This document shows, piece after piece, positions 46,518-58,901 of a DNA stretch of 64,000 nucleotides (position 1 is its first letter; each line of letters opens with the position of its first letter). The stretch comes from Eledone cirrhosa (lineage: Eukaryota), in NCBI GenBank assembly GCA_964016885.1, contig OZ024743.1:311426001-311490000 (forward strand). The letters are read 5' to 3'. The position numbers and the translations under genes are program-made. The notes beneath the pieces were generated by a model that was not told where the DNA came from, made no database searches, and saw only the letters and a program-made list of their open reading frames with translations.

Positions 46518-48092
46518 TGAAATACACATTATCGACCCCCAAGAAACGCCACTTGTGATAATACATTTTTGTTAAAACAATATATATCCGGTTGTAATAC
46601 GTGGACTGAACTTTGCGATTATCCAAAGTACATATATGCTACTGTTCTAAGTTGAAACACTCTGGAAGTAGTATTTGACATTTGATAATCTGTATTCTAC
46701 AGAAACTTTACAACTAATATAATCGAGTAGACTGTATCATCTCCTCTCTCTCATGACATAAACAAAACTGTAGTGAATGAGCACACACATACGCATTCAT
46801 ACGTGTGTGTGTGTGTGCGCGCGCGCCACCATTATCGGTTGTGTAAACAGATTTATGAAACGAGATATAAAGTCTTGAAATGAAGTTAGATGAACCATGA
46901 GACACATAATTTATGGTATTTTAACAGGAACAATATCATATATTGTGATGAAATACGATATATGTCGGGTCTCCGTCTGTTCCCACGATGACTGTTCAAG
47001 TTGTTCGTTGGAACAACCTGCATGTGAAATTAACGTGCAAGCGACACATATACTCTTAACGCGTGTACCCTTAGTGTAGTTCTCTTGGCGGTTCAGTATG
47101 ACACAGTGTGTGACATGGCTAGCTCTTTGAATTATACGTCCAACTCATTTTGCCAGCTGTGTGGACTGGGCCTAGATAAAATATAGTGTTTTGCTTAAGG
47201 ACATAACGTGTCGAGGCAAATCGAACTGACGCTCTTAAGATTGTGAGCCGAACTTCCTAACATCTATACCACGCCCCTTCACTAAAATACAGTATAGTAT
47301 TTTAATGAAGTAACTTCGAGTAAAATGTAGTTTAGTGTATTGTAATAATATAGCTGAAGCGCCCAAAGCGGCAGCATACTCTGCAATTCCAATATTTAGA
47401 GGGAAAAAAAGAATCCATCAATAAGATCCCAGACCTCATTCGGTTCCCGAGTTGGTTAGAACTCATCAAATCGGACCAAGGAAACAATTTTTCCATTGGT
47501 CTGTCCAATTGCTGACACTATCAACTGGTTGCAATTCGTGACTGAAAGATCATCGTGAAATAAAGTGTCTTGCTAAAGGACATAACGGATCACCCGGTCA
47601 AGGAATGGAACTCACAACCTTATGACTGCGAATCCCACACTCAATATTTCAGTATGGGACAGTGTAGAAAAAAAAGCAATTATCCCTTATTTTGATCTGA
47701 AAATGTTTACACACACATACCAACAACATACTACATGTTAGGCAAAGAAGAGTCGTTAGAACGTAGGATGAAATATCTATTTCAGCTCCAAGTTTGTATC
47801 CTTCCGAGGTTTACTTTGTCTTTCATCTTTTCGGAGTCGATAAAGGAAGTATTTATCCTTGGTCGGTAATTTAGAGGAATTGTTAGAGTCGTACGGGATA
47901 TTTTGTGTTAGGCTCTCGTTGTTCTGAGTTCAAATCCCACCACCTGTCACCAAAAAAGGGGTGACATTTCTGCTAAGGGTGGCGACCGGTTGATAGAATA
48001 TCCCATCTTCAGCAGGCTAACCTCACGTGGGAACTAATTGGCCTAAACAAAAGCGATGAACATTTTCAGATACCAACTGTAATATGCTCATG

Positions 48093-48623
<531 letters not shown>

Positions 48624-48644
48624 TTTTACGTCATTATTATTTTG

Positions 48645-49031
48645 GGCAGTATCGGTAGAGAGTCGGACGCCATGCTTTCCAGCATAGTTACGTCCCTTTA
48701 CAGTCTGAGTTCAAATCCCGCCGAGGTTTACTTTGCCTGTCATCCTTACGGGGTCGATAAAATAAAGTACCAGTAATGCACTGGGTAATTGCTGGCCTTG
48801 TGTCTAAAGTAGAAACAATTATTATTTTATGACTGAACGGCGGTGGATTGGCAGTATCGGTCGAGGGTCGGACGCCATGCTATGACGCATAGAGTTACTG
48901 CCCTTGCCATTCTGAGTTCAAATCCCGCCGAAGTTAACTTTGCCTTTCATCCTTACGGGGTCGATAAAATAAAGTACCAGTAATACACTGGGTAATTAGC
49001 TGGCCTTGTGCCTAAAGTAGAAACAATTATT
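48645..49031 (+). mobile_element. Two tandem SINE family A copies (48645-48826, 48838-49031)
   Basis: Both have A/B boxes and the GGCCTTGTG..AGAAACAATTATT tail. Confidence 0.88.
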
Positions 49032-49699
49032 TGATGACTGAAAACGTCATCAATTGATGTGCATTTTTATACCCTTAGCGTCGATGAACGAAGTAACATG
49101 TTATTTAGAGCCAGATTTATAAATTTACGGGGTATGTAAGCTGTCTTATATAATCTCTGTATACATGTTTGGGTTTAACGCCACCTAGCAGACATGCTGG
49201 GGTACCTGGTGGATTTAATGACTTGGGCACTTTGTGTTATTTCCTTTTCTGTTTTGTATAGATTGTTTACCCACGTGCTGTCCGGATTGCTGCTGCTTTT
49301 ACCAGGAATTGTTTTTGACGTGTTCATGACTGGATTGTGGGTGGAGACTTTGGTTATATAAAATCTGGAGCTGAAACTTGAACACATTGTGCTATACGAT
49401 CTGGGATCTTAAACATATGGGTTTTTTTTATGTATATATCCAGCATGTAATTCTTGTTACTAGATGTGATGTTATGTTTGAGCGATAGTATAAATCCAAC
49501 TATTTTTTACTTTTGAACGATCTACATATGTTGTATAATTTAGACTGATTGGTTATCTAATGACAATCCTATTTCTATATAACCCCTAGACAATCGGGAC
49601 ATATGTAGCCGATTGGTCTAGCCTATACGGTTAATATACATGTGTAGTAACTCTTTGCCAGTTGGTCTTACAGTAACTGAAGTAATATTGTGGGGCTAT

Positions 49700-49860
49700 T
49701 GTTACAGCTCTATCTTATAGTAACCCCGCTTTGCTTGTGTATAGCTTGCTTTATATCTGGTGCCTGTCTATATACTTGTTATACTCAGCTCTATCCTGTA
49801 ATAACCCCACTTCGCTTGTGTATGGCTTGCATTTATGTGTTGCCTGTCTATATGCTTGTG
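49700..49860. repeat. Diverged 81-bp tandem duplication
   Basis: CAGCTCTATC at 49705 and 49786 with continuing similarity. Confidence 0.75.
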
Positions 49861-50689
49861 GAACACCCATGGGCTACGTAATTCAAGTACCTACTAGTAT
49901 ACCTTGTACATGTATACCATGGCGAGGATTTTAATTACTGTGGTCTTTCTGGATGTACCTTAAGAACATATTAGTGCTTATATAACTATAAGTTACTGAG
50001 ATCCTATTAACTTGTTTTATAGGGACCAGCGCTTAAATTCTTCTGGCTTTTTTATGTGCCTAAAACTCTTTCTTTTTTCCTTTTTTCACTTCTTTCTTTA
50101 CCTTTTTATTTACTTTTTATCTCTTTATATTATCTTGTTCATAACATTTTCGTATCTGTTTCAGTGGTCTAATGGTAGGTATTAGAGACGATGGAGATCC
50201 CGGTCTTGGGTTCAATCTCATCGAGAGGGACATGTAATATTTTTCAGTTTTTATTTTACATCCCATAGAATAAAACTGAAAAGGTGTACCGGGAACCCTA
50301 CTCTCGACCAGGATCGAACTTCAGACCAGGATCACCACCGGCTATGATTCCTCCAACTAGGCCGCCGAGACAGCTACAAAGGTATAATGAAAATTAATAA
50401 TTATAAGCCTACTTTCAAAATCAAAGTTAAAAAGTTGTGGTGTTGTTCATGGCTTTCATGGAGCTATTAGTCATATTTAGTGTTGACTTGTCAATCTTCT
50501 GGCTCTTTGGTAACAACCTTATTATTCCTATGTGTGTTTAACTGTTGAATTAATTGAATTTGATTGTTTTAACAAACAAATTATATATATATATACATAC
50601 CCATATACACGCACTCCCATATATATACCCTAAGTATTGAGTACTCTGCTGCGTTATGGTCCATCTGGTTCCTTACCACAACTCCTCCG

Positions 50690-50744
<55 letters not shown>

Positions 50745-50753
<9 letters not shown>

Positions 50754-51147
50754 GACGTAAAATAAGAAAATTATAAAAATTAACTTACTTACTAAAATTT
50801 CACTCCAACTAATTAGTCTCTGAAAGGGAATAAACATGGTTTCCGAATGGAACAACATGGAGAATACCTTTCGTCATCAGGAAGTCAATTCTCCATGTTG
50901 TTCCATTCGAAAGGTATTCTCCATGTTGTTCCATTCGGAAACCATGTTTATTCCCTTTCAGAAACTAATTAGTTGGAGTGAAATTTTAGTAAGTAAGTTA
51001 ATTTTTATAATTTTCTTATTTTACGTCTTTCATATAATTTTTCTGCATCCCCTTGCATTGAACCACAAAGTTACTAAGACAAAACCTATATATTTGCTAG
51101 CATAGGTATGCATCTGTATATATATGTTGGTAGATATACTAATTCTT
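50745..51147. mobile_element. Fold-back Penelope-like element in (TA)n
   Basis: Arms 50745-50873 and 50908-51036, 110-bp extension, (TA)n both sides; minus strand has CTGATGA-CGAAAGG..CCATTCG-GAAAC. Confidence 0.75.
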
Positions 51148-51154
51148 TATATAT

Positions 51155-51227
<73 letters not shown>

Positions 51228-54200
51228 AGTGAGTGAGTGTGAAAGACCAAAGGTCATTATTGAAAGTCTCTGGATTTCGCAAAATACATATTTATTATTG
51301 GAGAAGGTAAGATACTTTTCCGCAAAAATTTGATTGCACTGTTTTGTTTACACTTATGTGTTTTTAAAAAATGTTATTTATTCATTATAAAAATTAAATG
51401 ATAGCATTCTATATGTAGGTGCCCCTCCCCGTCATCTCCTGGCAACCAATAATTTAGACCCAGTCTGCCACTGCTTATGATGGTTCATGTCCTGTTGTAA
51501 GCAGAAGCAGCGATTGGAAGACTGCATGTTACATGAAACAACCTATTGAATTACTTTTAATCTATAAATATAACCTCTTCAAAAACAATTAATCACAGCA
51601 ATAACAACGACTGCCATAATAGTAACAAGGTAGTAAACTCCGCTCGTGACATTACCTTAACAATAGCTACATTACAATGTTCAAATTCTGGCAAGGATTT
51701 TTACTAACCACAATAGCGATAAAATTCTGTGTAAAGGTTAGCAATATTTTAACTTCCTCTTTAAAACATAATAGTATCTAGACTCGAGTCACATTTTTAT
51801 GTTACGCTAGAAGGAACAGTAAAATAAACAAATTGAATGTTATAATAAACTGTAGTAAAGAGACATCCACTTAAACCATGAACATCCTGGAATCATTATA
51901 AATAGTATTAAGAAACAGACAGTTCCTCTCGCATGGTTTAATGGTTAGGATGCTTGTCATACGATCGTAATGTTGTCAGTTTGATTCCTGGACAAGCTGC
52001 TACGTTATATTCTTGAACAAAACACTATTTCACGTGGCTCCAGTACTTTCAGCTGAGAGTGAATGCCAGTAGTAGATGGGAAGCTAATCCTGCGATGAAC
52101 CGATGCCCTTTCCAGGAAGAGTCTTGTATTCTCAGTAGTTTAATTCCAAGGAAACCAGGGTTAAGCACTAGCCTGATGAGCCTTCGGTTTAGAACAGCCT
52201 CGCAACCACGAAGTGTCAGATTCAGTCGAACTGCGTGGCACATTAGACAATTGTCTTCTACTGTAGCCTCATGTTGACCAATGAGTTGTGAGTGAAATAT
52301 GGTAGACGGAAACTACACATATCACTAGTATGACCAATCTGTTTCTGAAGAGTAGGGACAATGAAGGCCCCGAAATGTTAATACCCTCATGGATTTAGGA
52401 ACATTATTCTTCCAAACTAAGCATAAAAAACAATTAAGGAAATATGAAAAATCTTTAGGAAAAATGATCAAACTGGGGTACAATCATGTTTTCATTATAA
52501 CATGTTTGAAAGAAAAGCTGCCATCTGCTTATACAAATATGTGTGCATGCATGTATGTCTATGTTTACTATGTTGTAATATAACCACTAAGATTCCCACC
52601 TTTGTGAACTCTATTTCCTCTCATAGACACTCATAGAACCATTGGTGAATAGTATTAATTCTACAGACTGGCAATTACTTGGTAAACTGTCCTTGTATAA
52701 GAAACCATAAAAAACTCAAAGAACACAAGCTGCTCTTCTGTGTTGAAATTTGAAATTGTTGAATTAAACTAATTAGTAAAAATAGTTATAACAATATTAG
52801 ATACTATAAATACACATTTGGTAGAGGAAAATAGTTGTTCTCTTCTGTCTGGTTGGCTTCTTTTTATTTCACTGTTATTTTGTTCATAAGTAACACTTTC
52901 TATCCATTTTATCATATTTATCATATTGTTAGTATGAGACAGTCAATATGGACAAAACGCCAACTGTTCGTGTCCTGTTACCAGCTTTCTATAGAATTTC
53001 TATCCAAGATACATAACTCTTGGTCACTTTAAACAAAAATATTCAACTAAAAACCGTTACAGTATTCAAGTTTATACTCCAATGAACCATGAACTCCTGG
53101 TGAAGTCCTGGGGATAACGTTGTGTTATACAGCGTGTTTTCAGCATTTAAACTTGGTAAAACCTATCCCTCTCCAAGTCTGAACATAATCAATTTCTTAC
53201 AGAAAAAGTTAAAGAGGGTGTGAGATAGGGATATGGAAGAGGAATATACCCTAGTACAAGAATCAACCAAGAAATGAAAAAAAGTTAGTATCGGTGGGAT
53301 TTGAACTCAAAGCACTGGAATGAATATTACAAAGACTTTTAACCACTGCCAATTTGCCGTCTTATCTTTATCCTGAAGAACTGAAAGTCAAATGATTTCG
53401 GTCAGTGTCCATGCAAGACTAAGTCTCTGGTTTTGATTTACAAAATGATTAAAATCATTTAGTCCTACGGAACACATCAGAAACAGACATTTACAAAATG
53501 ATCGATAATACCTGAGACGTAAAGAATTTCTCGACAGCCACGAATCTTTGTACATTTTGACGTGTGAATTTCGATATTACTTCAACTCATTTTCCCCTCT
53601 TCGTGATTCTTGAAAATTTGGCATACATTTTTTTTTTTTTTTCATGTAATTGTAAGCTGCGCTGCTACTTTTTTAACAATATAATGATTAAATTTCCTGT
53701 TTTGGAGTTGTTTCCATTGTGCTAATAATCAATTAATATTTGCTTTTACAAATATATTACACCAATTCATTAGTTCTCGGCACTATGTAATTTTCTCTTT
53801 CATCAATGTCTTCAAACTGTCATATCAATTTTCTTTCTTTCCCACATTTTCTGTAATTAAATGTTCTGAATTTTCTTGTGTTCATGCCTATAGTGGTTTC
53901 TGAATTCTTCATTTAAACCTGATAGCTGTTATCACGAAAGCTAAATGTTTTGTGATGGTTTTTTAGTTGTTTTCTTTAGTCCTTGCTGAATTCATGATGT
54001 TTTTAATCGAAAACATCTGAAAACCTATATATGAATGTGCAAGTAATTCTCCAACCTTTTAAATAATTAAGAAATCGCTGCTAAACAAAACAATAAAGCA
54101 GAAGGTTAAACAAGTATTATGGATGATTCAATGTGTACTGTCATTGTATAAATGTTGGTTTGTGGACGCAGCGAGGTCAACTGGTTAAGAAGTTTTCCCT

Positions 54201-55029
54201 GCAACCATAAGGTCTCTGGTTTGGTCCCACTGTGTGACATCTTGTTCAAAGTCGACTCAACACAATGCTCTGGTTTTATTCATGTGTCTATTAATCTTTA
54301 AAACAAGAACTAATGCAAACTTTAAAACTAAACAAGCCAAATGCATTCCCATAACAATAGAAAAATATAACAGAATCCCCCACTTGAGGGTTTCGATTCA
54401 TTTTGAAAATAACTGAAAATGTTGAGACATTTAGTAAAAAGAAAAGTGTACAATGTTCTGTCTTAAGCTAGCGTTTCGAACAAAACTTAACAAAATAACT
54501 TTTTCATAAAGTCATAAGGCTTTAATTTAGATATGAACGCACAAGAAATTGTGTATCATACAGCCATGGGCGTTATCTGGCCGGTTGCCTGATTAGAGTC
54601 AAAAGGGTTACACGAAAACTTAATGAGTTTTATTTTTTATTTCCTTTCGTAATTGGTTTCAATGGTATCGATCTATTGCGAAAACTTGTTATACGAAAGT
54701 TGTACCGCATACATAAATAATAATTCACTACAATAAGTTGTTGAAAAATCGTGTAGAATTTGCAGAGAAGTAAAACACAAGGTCAACTAAATTGATATGT
54801 ACACCTTTAAAACAAGACTGCCGTCTAGTTCTGTGGTCGATAATTCTTTATATGTCTTTCTCACTTCTTTCTATTACTTTCTATCCTTCTCCGGAAGAAA
54901 TCTGCTGTGTTCAGATGGACTCCACCAGGTTTCAAAATATTCCCCAAGAAATGCCGTATGTCTATATGGTGTCCCTATGACTCCATCAGGAATTGCGAAT
55001 CTATACCATACTATATTGGTTGTCTGAAG

Positions 55030-55625
55030 TATCTCCACGTGGGTCTGTCGTTCATTGCCGTTGTCAAGTCCTGGATTTCAATACCAGAATCTCTGGAGTT
55101 GACATCGGAATAAGAGAGCTTGGAAACCACAAGCAGCCACTAATAATAGGGGGGTCCCCCCCTATTATTAGTGGCTGCTTGTGGTTTCCAAAGCACGAAT
55201 GGGCACACATCCTCAGAGATGGCACGATGGCAATGGCTAGCAAATCTTACTCTCCTTTTGCTTACAACGACAGATATGAGTGGGAGGCCGGTACATGTTT
55301 CTTTCAAAGTCAGATGTTGCCAGCTTATGTTCTGAATGCGTCGAAGTAGGCGAGGGTAGGTGCCATCAATGCCCTTTTGTTGTTTGAATGTTTCACTGCC
55401 ATATAGTAAGATTGGTTGAATTGTTACTTGGAAGAGTCTGATTTTGGTGCGGCTAGAAAGATTTGAGCGCCAAATTCGATCCATCTTGTTGCAAGCTGAC
55501 CATGCTTGGGCTTTTGTGGTGGCAAAATCCTTCCCAGAGTCCATGATCTAGGACCCAAGATACTTAAAATCCTCGACTTGTTTGATATTTCTGCCGCTGG
55601 TTGCTTTGATGTTGCCTGTTTGATA
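55030..55625 (-). pseudogene. RTE-type LINE RT C-terminal fragment
   Basis: KQVEDFKYLGS, AWSACNKMDRIW, TKIRLF..PILLYGSET, RFASHC; stops and frameshifts. Confidence 0.8.
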
Positions 55626-55720
55626 TGAGTTAGTGATTAGGTGCGTTACTGCAGTGCATTTATTTCTTGTAGTATATGTTATATACAGTCGGCAGGATAT
55701 GATACGTGTGGTTTGTAGTA

Positions 55721-55904
55721 CGAGGGTGGGCTGAATAGTTCAAAGGCTGAATATGAAGGAGTGAAATCTTGCATGCATTAATTTCAACTCTTCTTATTAA
55801 TAACTGCATTGTTTCTTTCCAGAGACTATGTTGAAAAATAAACTTCAGCTGATCATTCCATAAGAGTGTCTGGGTTAGTCTATGAACCTTTCAGCCGACC
55901 CTCG
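55721..55904. mobile_element. Tc1/mariner-type MITE
   Basis: ~30-bp TIRs CGAGGGTGGGCTGAATAGTTCA / TGAACCTTTCAGCCGACCCTCG, TA duplicated at 55719-20 and 55905-06. Confidence 0.85.
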
Positions 55905-56485
55905 TATATGATATGTGTGGTTTCCAGTATATATGTGTGGTTTGTAGTATATATGTGTGGTTTGTAGAATATGATATGTGTGGTTTGTAGTATATGTGTG
56001 GTTTGTAGAATATGATATGTGGTTTCCAGTATATATGTGTGGTTTGTAGTATATATGTGTGGTTTGTAGAAATGATATGTGTGGTTTGTAGTATATGTGT
56101 GGTTTGTAGAATATGATATGTGGTTTCCAGTATATATGTGTGGTTTGTAGTATATATGTGTGGTTTGTAGAATATGATATGTGTGGTTTATAGTATATGT
56201 GTGGTTTGTAGAATATGATATGTGGTTTCCAGTATATATGTGTGGTTTGTAGTATATATGTGTGGTTTGTAGAATATGATATGTGTGGTTTGTAGTATAT
56301 GTGTGGTTTGTAGAATATGATATGTGGTTTCCAGTATATATGTGTGCTTTGTAGTATATATGTGTGGTTTGTAGAATATGATATGTGTGGTTTGTACTAT
56401 ATGTGTGGTTTGTAGAATATGATATGTGGTTTCCAGTATATATGTGTGGTTTGTAGTATATATGTGTGGTTTGTAGTATATTATA
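55905..56485. repeat. Minisatellite with ~102-bp higher-order repeat of five GTGGTTT(G/C)(T/C)AG monomers
   Basis: Variant TTTCCAG recurs at 55921, 56023, 56124, 56226, 56328, 56430. Confidence 0.9.
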
Positions 56486-57062
56486 TGTTTATTGTGTATG
56501 ATAGAAGTGTGGTTTGTGTATTTCTACTGAGTATTCTATCTATTGTATTGCTACGCGAACGACATATGGTGTGACTAGTCTGATGGTGATAAATGCCTTT
56601 GTATTGTTTCAGTTACAAATTCCAGCTCGTGACGTTCTGAGTTCAAATCCACCGAGGTCAGTTTGTCGTTCATCTTTCAGGGGTGGGGCGACAAAATAAA
56701 GTACCAGACAAATACAGGGGTCTATATAATTAACTTCCCCCTCCATAATTATGGCCTTGTGCCTAAATTAGAAACCATATTAAAAGTTCAGTTCAGGATT
56801 ATATTGACACAGTCTTGATTCAAAGGATAACAATTTCTTTCCTTTTACGACCTTGCCACCAGGAAGGTGGCCGGTCAAAAATGTACTCAAAATTAAGAGA
56901 AAGAGAAACATACATACATACATGCATACATACACACACACACATACACACATACAGACATACATTATATGTTGATGGCTGCCCCCTCGTTATCGAGTAT
57001 GGCCATTGCACGAAAAAAACATAATAACGACAATAATAATAACAACAATAATAATAATAATA

Positions 57063-57195
57063 ATAATTGTTTCTACTATTGGCACAAGGCCAGCAATTAT
57101 CCCAGTGCATTACTGGTACTTTATTTTATCGACCCCGTAAGGATGAAAGGCAAAGTTAACCTTGGCGGGATGTGAAGTCAGACCATAAAGGGGCG

Positions 57196-57197
<2 letters not shown>
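57063..57197 (-). mobile_element. SINE family A (5'-truncated) with long (ATT)n tail
   Basis: Reverse complement of family body and tail; (AAT)n at 57030-57066. Confidence 0.85.
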
Positions 57198-57288
<91 letters not shown>

Positions 57289-57504
57289 CATTGGTTGTGT
57301 ATACATATGGTTATCCTTTTAATATCCAATTGAGTTCTTATACACGTGGTTAATACCTAACAGGTTTAAATGACCAGCGTGTATATTGTTTTATTTTTGG
57401 GGACAGCGTGTATTTTATCGTTGGGAGGACTGCTGGATTTTCTAATCTACCAGTCTCTTAGCGCTGAGGGAGACCATAATTCTTATATCGATATTATTTG
57501 GGCA

Positions 57505-57628
57505 TCCACTGATGAGTTTATAAGAGCCCGCTTGTGTATAAAACTATGGATTATATACAAGTTTCTACATAACCTGGAAATTATTTATCCCAAATTGTAG
57601 AAATCTTATAACGAAACGGCCGTCTGGG
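57505..57628 (+). ncRNA. Hammerhead ribozyme motif with branched helix II
   Basis: Helix I TCCA/TGGG, CTGATGA (57509-15), helix II GTTTATAAGA/TCTTATAAC, GAAA (57613-16), palindromic ACGGCCGT, GUC triplet; lies between (TA)n tracts. Confidence 0.8.
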
Positions 57629-57827
57629 AGGAAAGAGATTTTTATTTAATAATGTCTCATATAAAATAGTACAACCATCTATCCACGAAATACTGATTAG
57701 TTAGCACCCCAAACACTAAATTGGGATAATACTTAGGTATATCCTAATGTTTGTTGAATGAGATGGAGTTGGTCGGAGTATCGCTTAAGTCTTTCTCTGT
57801 TTATGTATTGTATTGTATATATATATA

Positions 57828-58870
57828 TACTAGCAGTGTATCCCGGCGTTGCGCGGGTAAGTACATTGGTAATAGCACCTCCAATGAGAAATGTTTATTT
57901 GTGAGTGCCTGTTAAAAACTCACGAAAATATACCAACTGGAAACTTGTTTTATTTGGAGAAAATTTAGAAGTTGAAAGTACAGTTTAGCAGTCTACGTGC
58001 ATTCTTCATGTTGAGCCCCCTCTTTTCATACTCCTTTGTTTTGGCCTTTTGGAGTAAATGTGAAAGAGAAATTCACAGGTTAAGTTGGCAGAATGTTCCA
58101 GTGTCATAGCAGTAAGGCGTAGCCTACTTACCTCAAAAGTTCATTCGCACTCTTTCCACTAAGTTACTCTTTCTCTCTATCCCTCTCGGCGCAGTCCCTT
58201 GCGAATTCCTCGCATAGGCCTGGTGTAGATTTGCAACCGTTCCATCTGCCCGATGTACATGTCCGCTTTGTACGGCTTTTGGAGGAATGAGTGACCAGCA
58301 GTACGTTGTTCGGTATTATTACGAAAAGGTGTAGCAGAGAATCCCGCGTGAACTAACAGCTCGGCAGGAAACTGCTTACCTCGAACATTCATTTGCCATC
58401 GTTCTTGTCAATACTCCGTTTAGTTGGTATTTGTTGGTCTACAGTTAGATGAATGGCGCACAAAGGGTTAATATTTATTGGCAAGAAGTGCAACTGGGCT
58501 GGCTTGTCTCGCTTATATTATATATTAAAATAACAGGAAGACGATACTTTGGCTCGTGAAGACGTTCCCTGGCAATGAACGGAAAATAGCGAACATAATA
58601 CGTCATCAATGTTTGTCAGAATGGCGTAATGCAGACAGCCAGGCATACAGACAGATATTATAAATGCGCGACGGAGATGGATAACCGGTGCCTAACAGCC
58701 CTTTATCAACAGAAAATTGAAAAATAAAAGCTGCAGATAATATCATTAGACCGCAAGGAATATATAAATGCAAGTTTGAAGTCAATCGGAGTAGAAATGT
58801 GGATTTGTATAGACTTTGCAAAAATGAGGGGACACACACAGACAACTACATTTTTATTTTTATATACATA
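57828..58870 (+). mobile_element. Non-autonomous Helitron/Helentron-like element
   Basis: 5' TACTAGCAG..CCCGGCGTTGCGCGGG hairpin; 3' CAAGTTTGAAGTCAATCGG..CAGACA..TTTTATATA, resembling DINE-1/HINE-type ends (pattern recall). Confidence 0.55.
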
Positions 58871-58901
58871 TACACATACACATACACACACACGATAACA
58901 A

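Noticed and set aside
55905-56485. Regular repeats resembling a CRISPR array
   Set aside because: No unique spacers, no cas genes, eukaryotic context; it is a minisatellite
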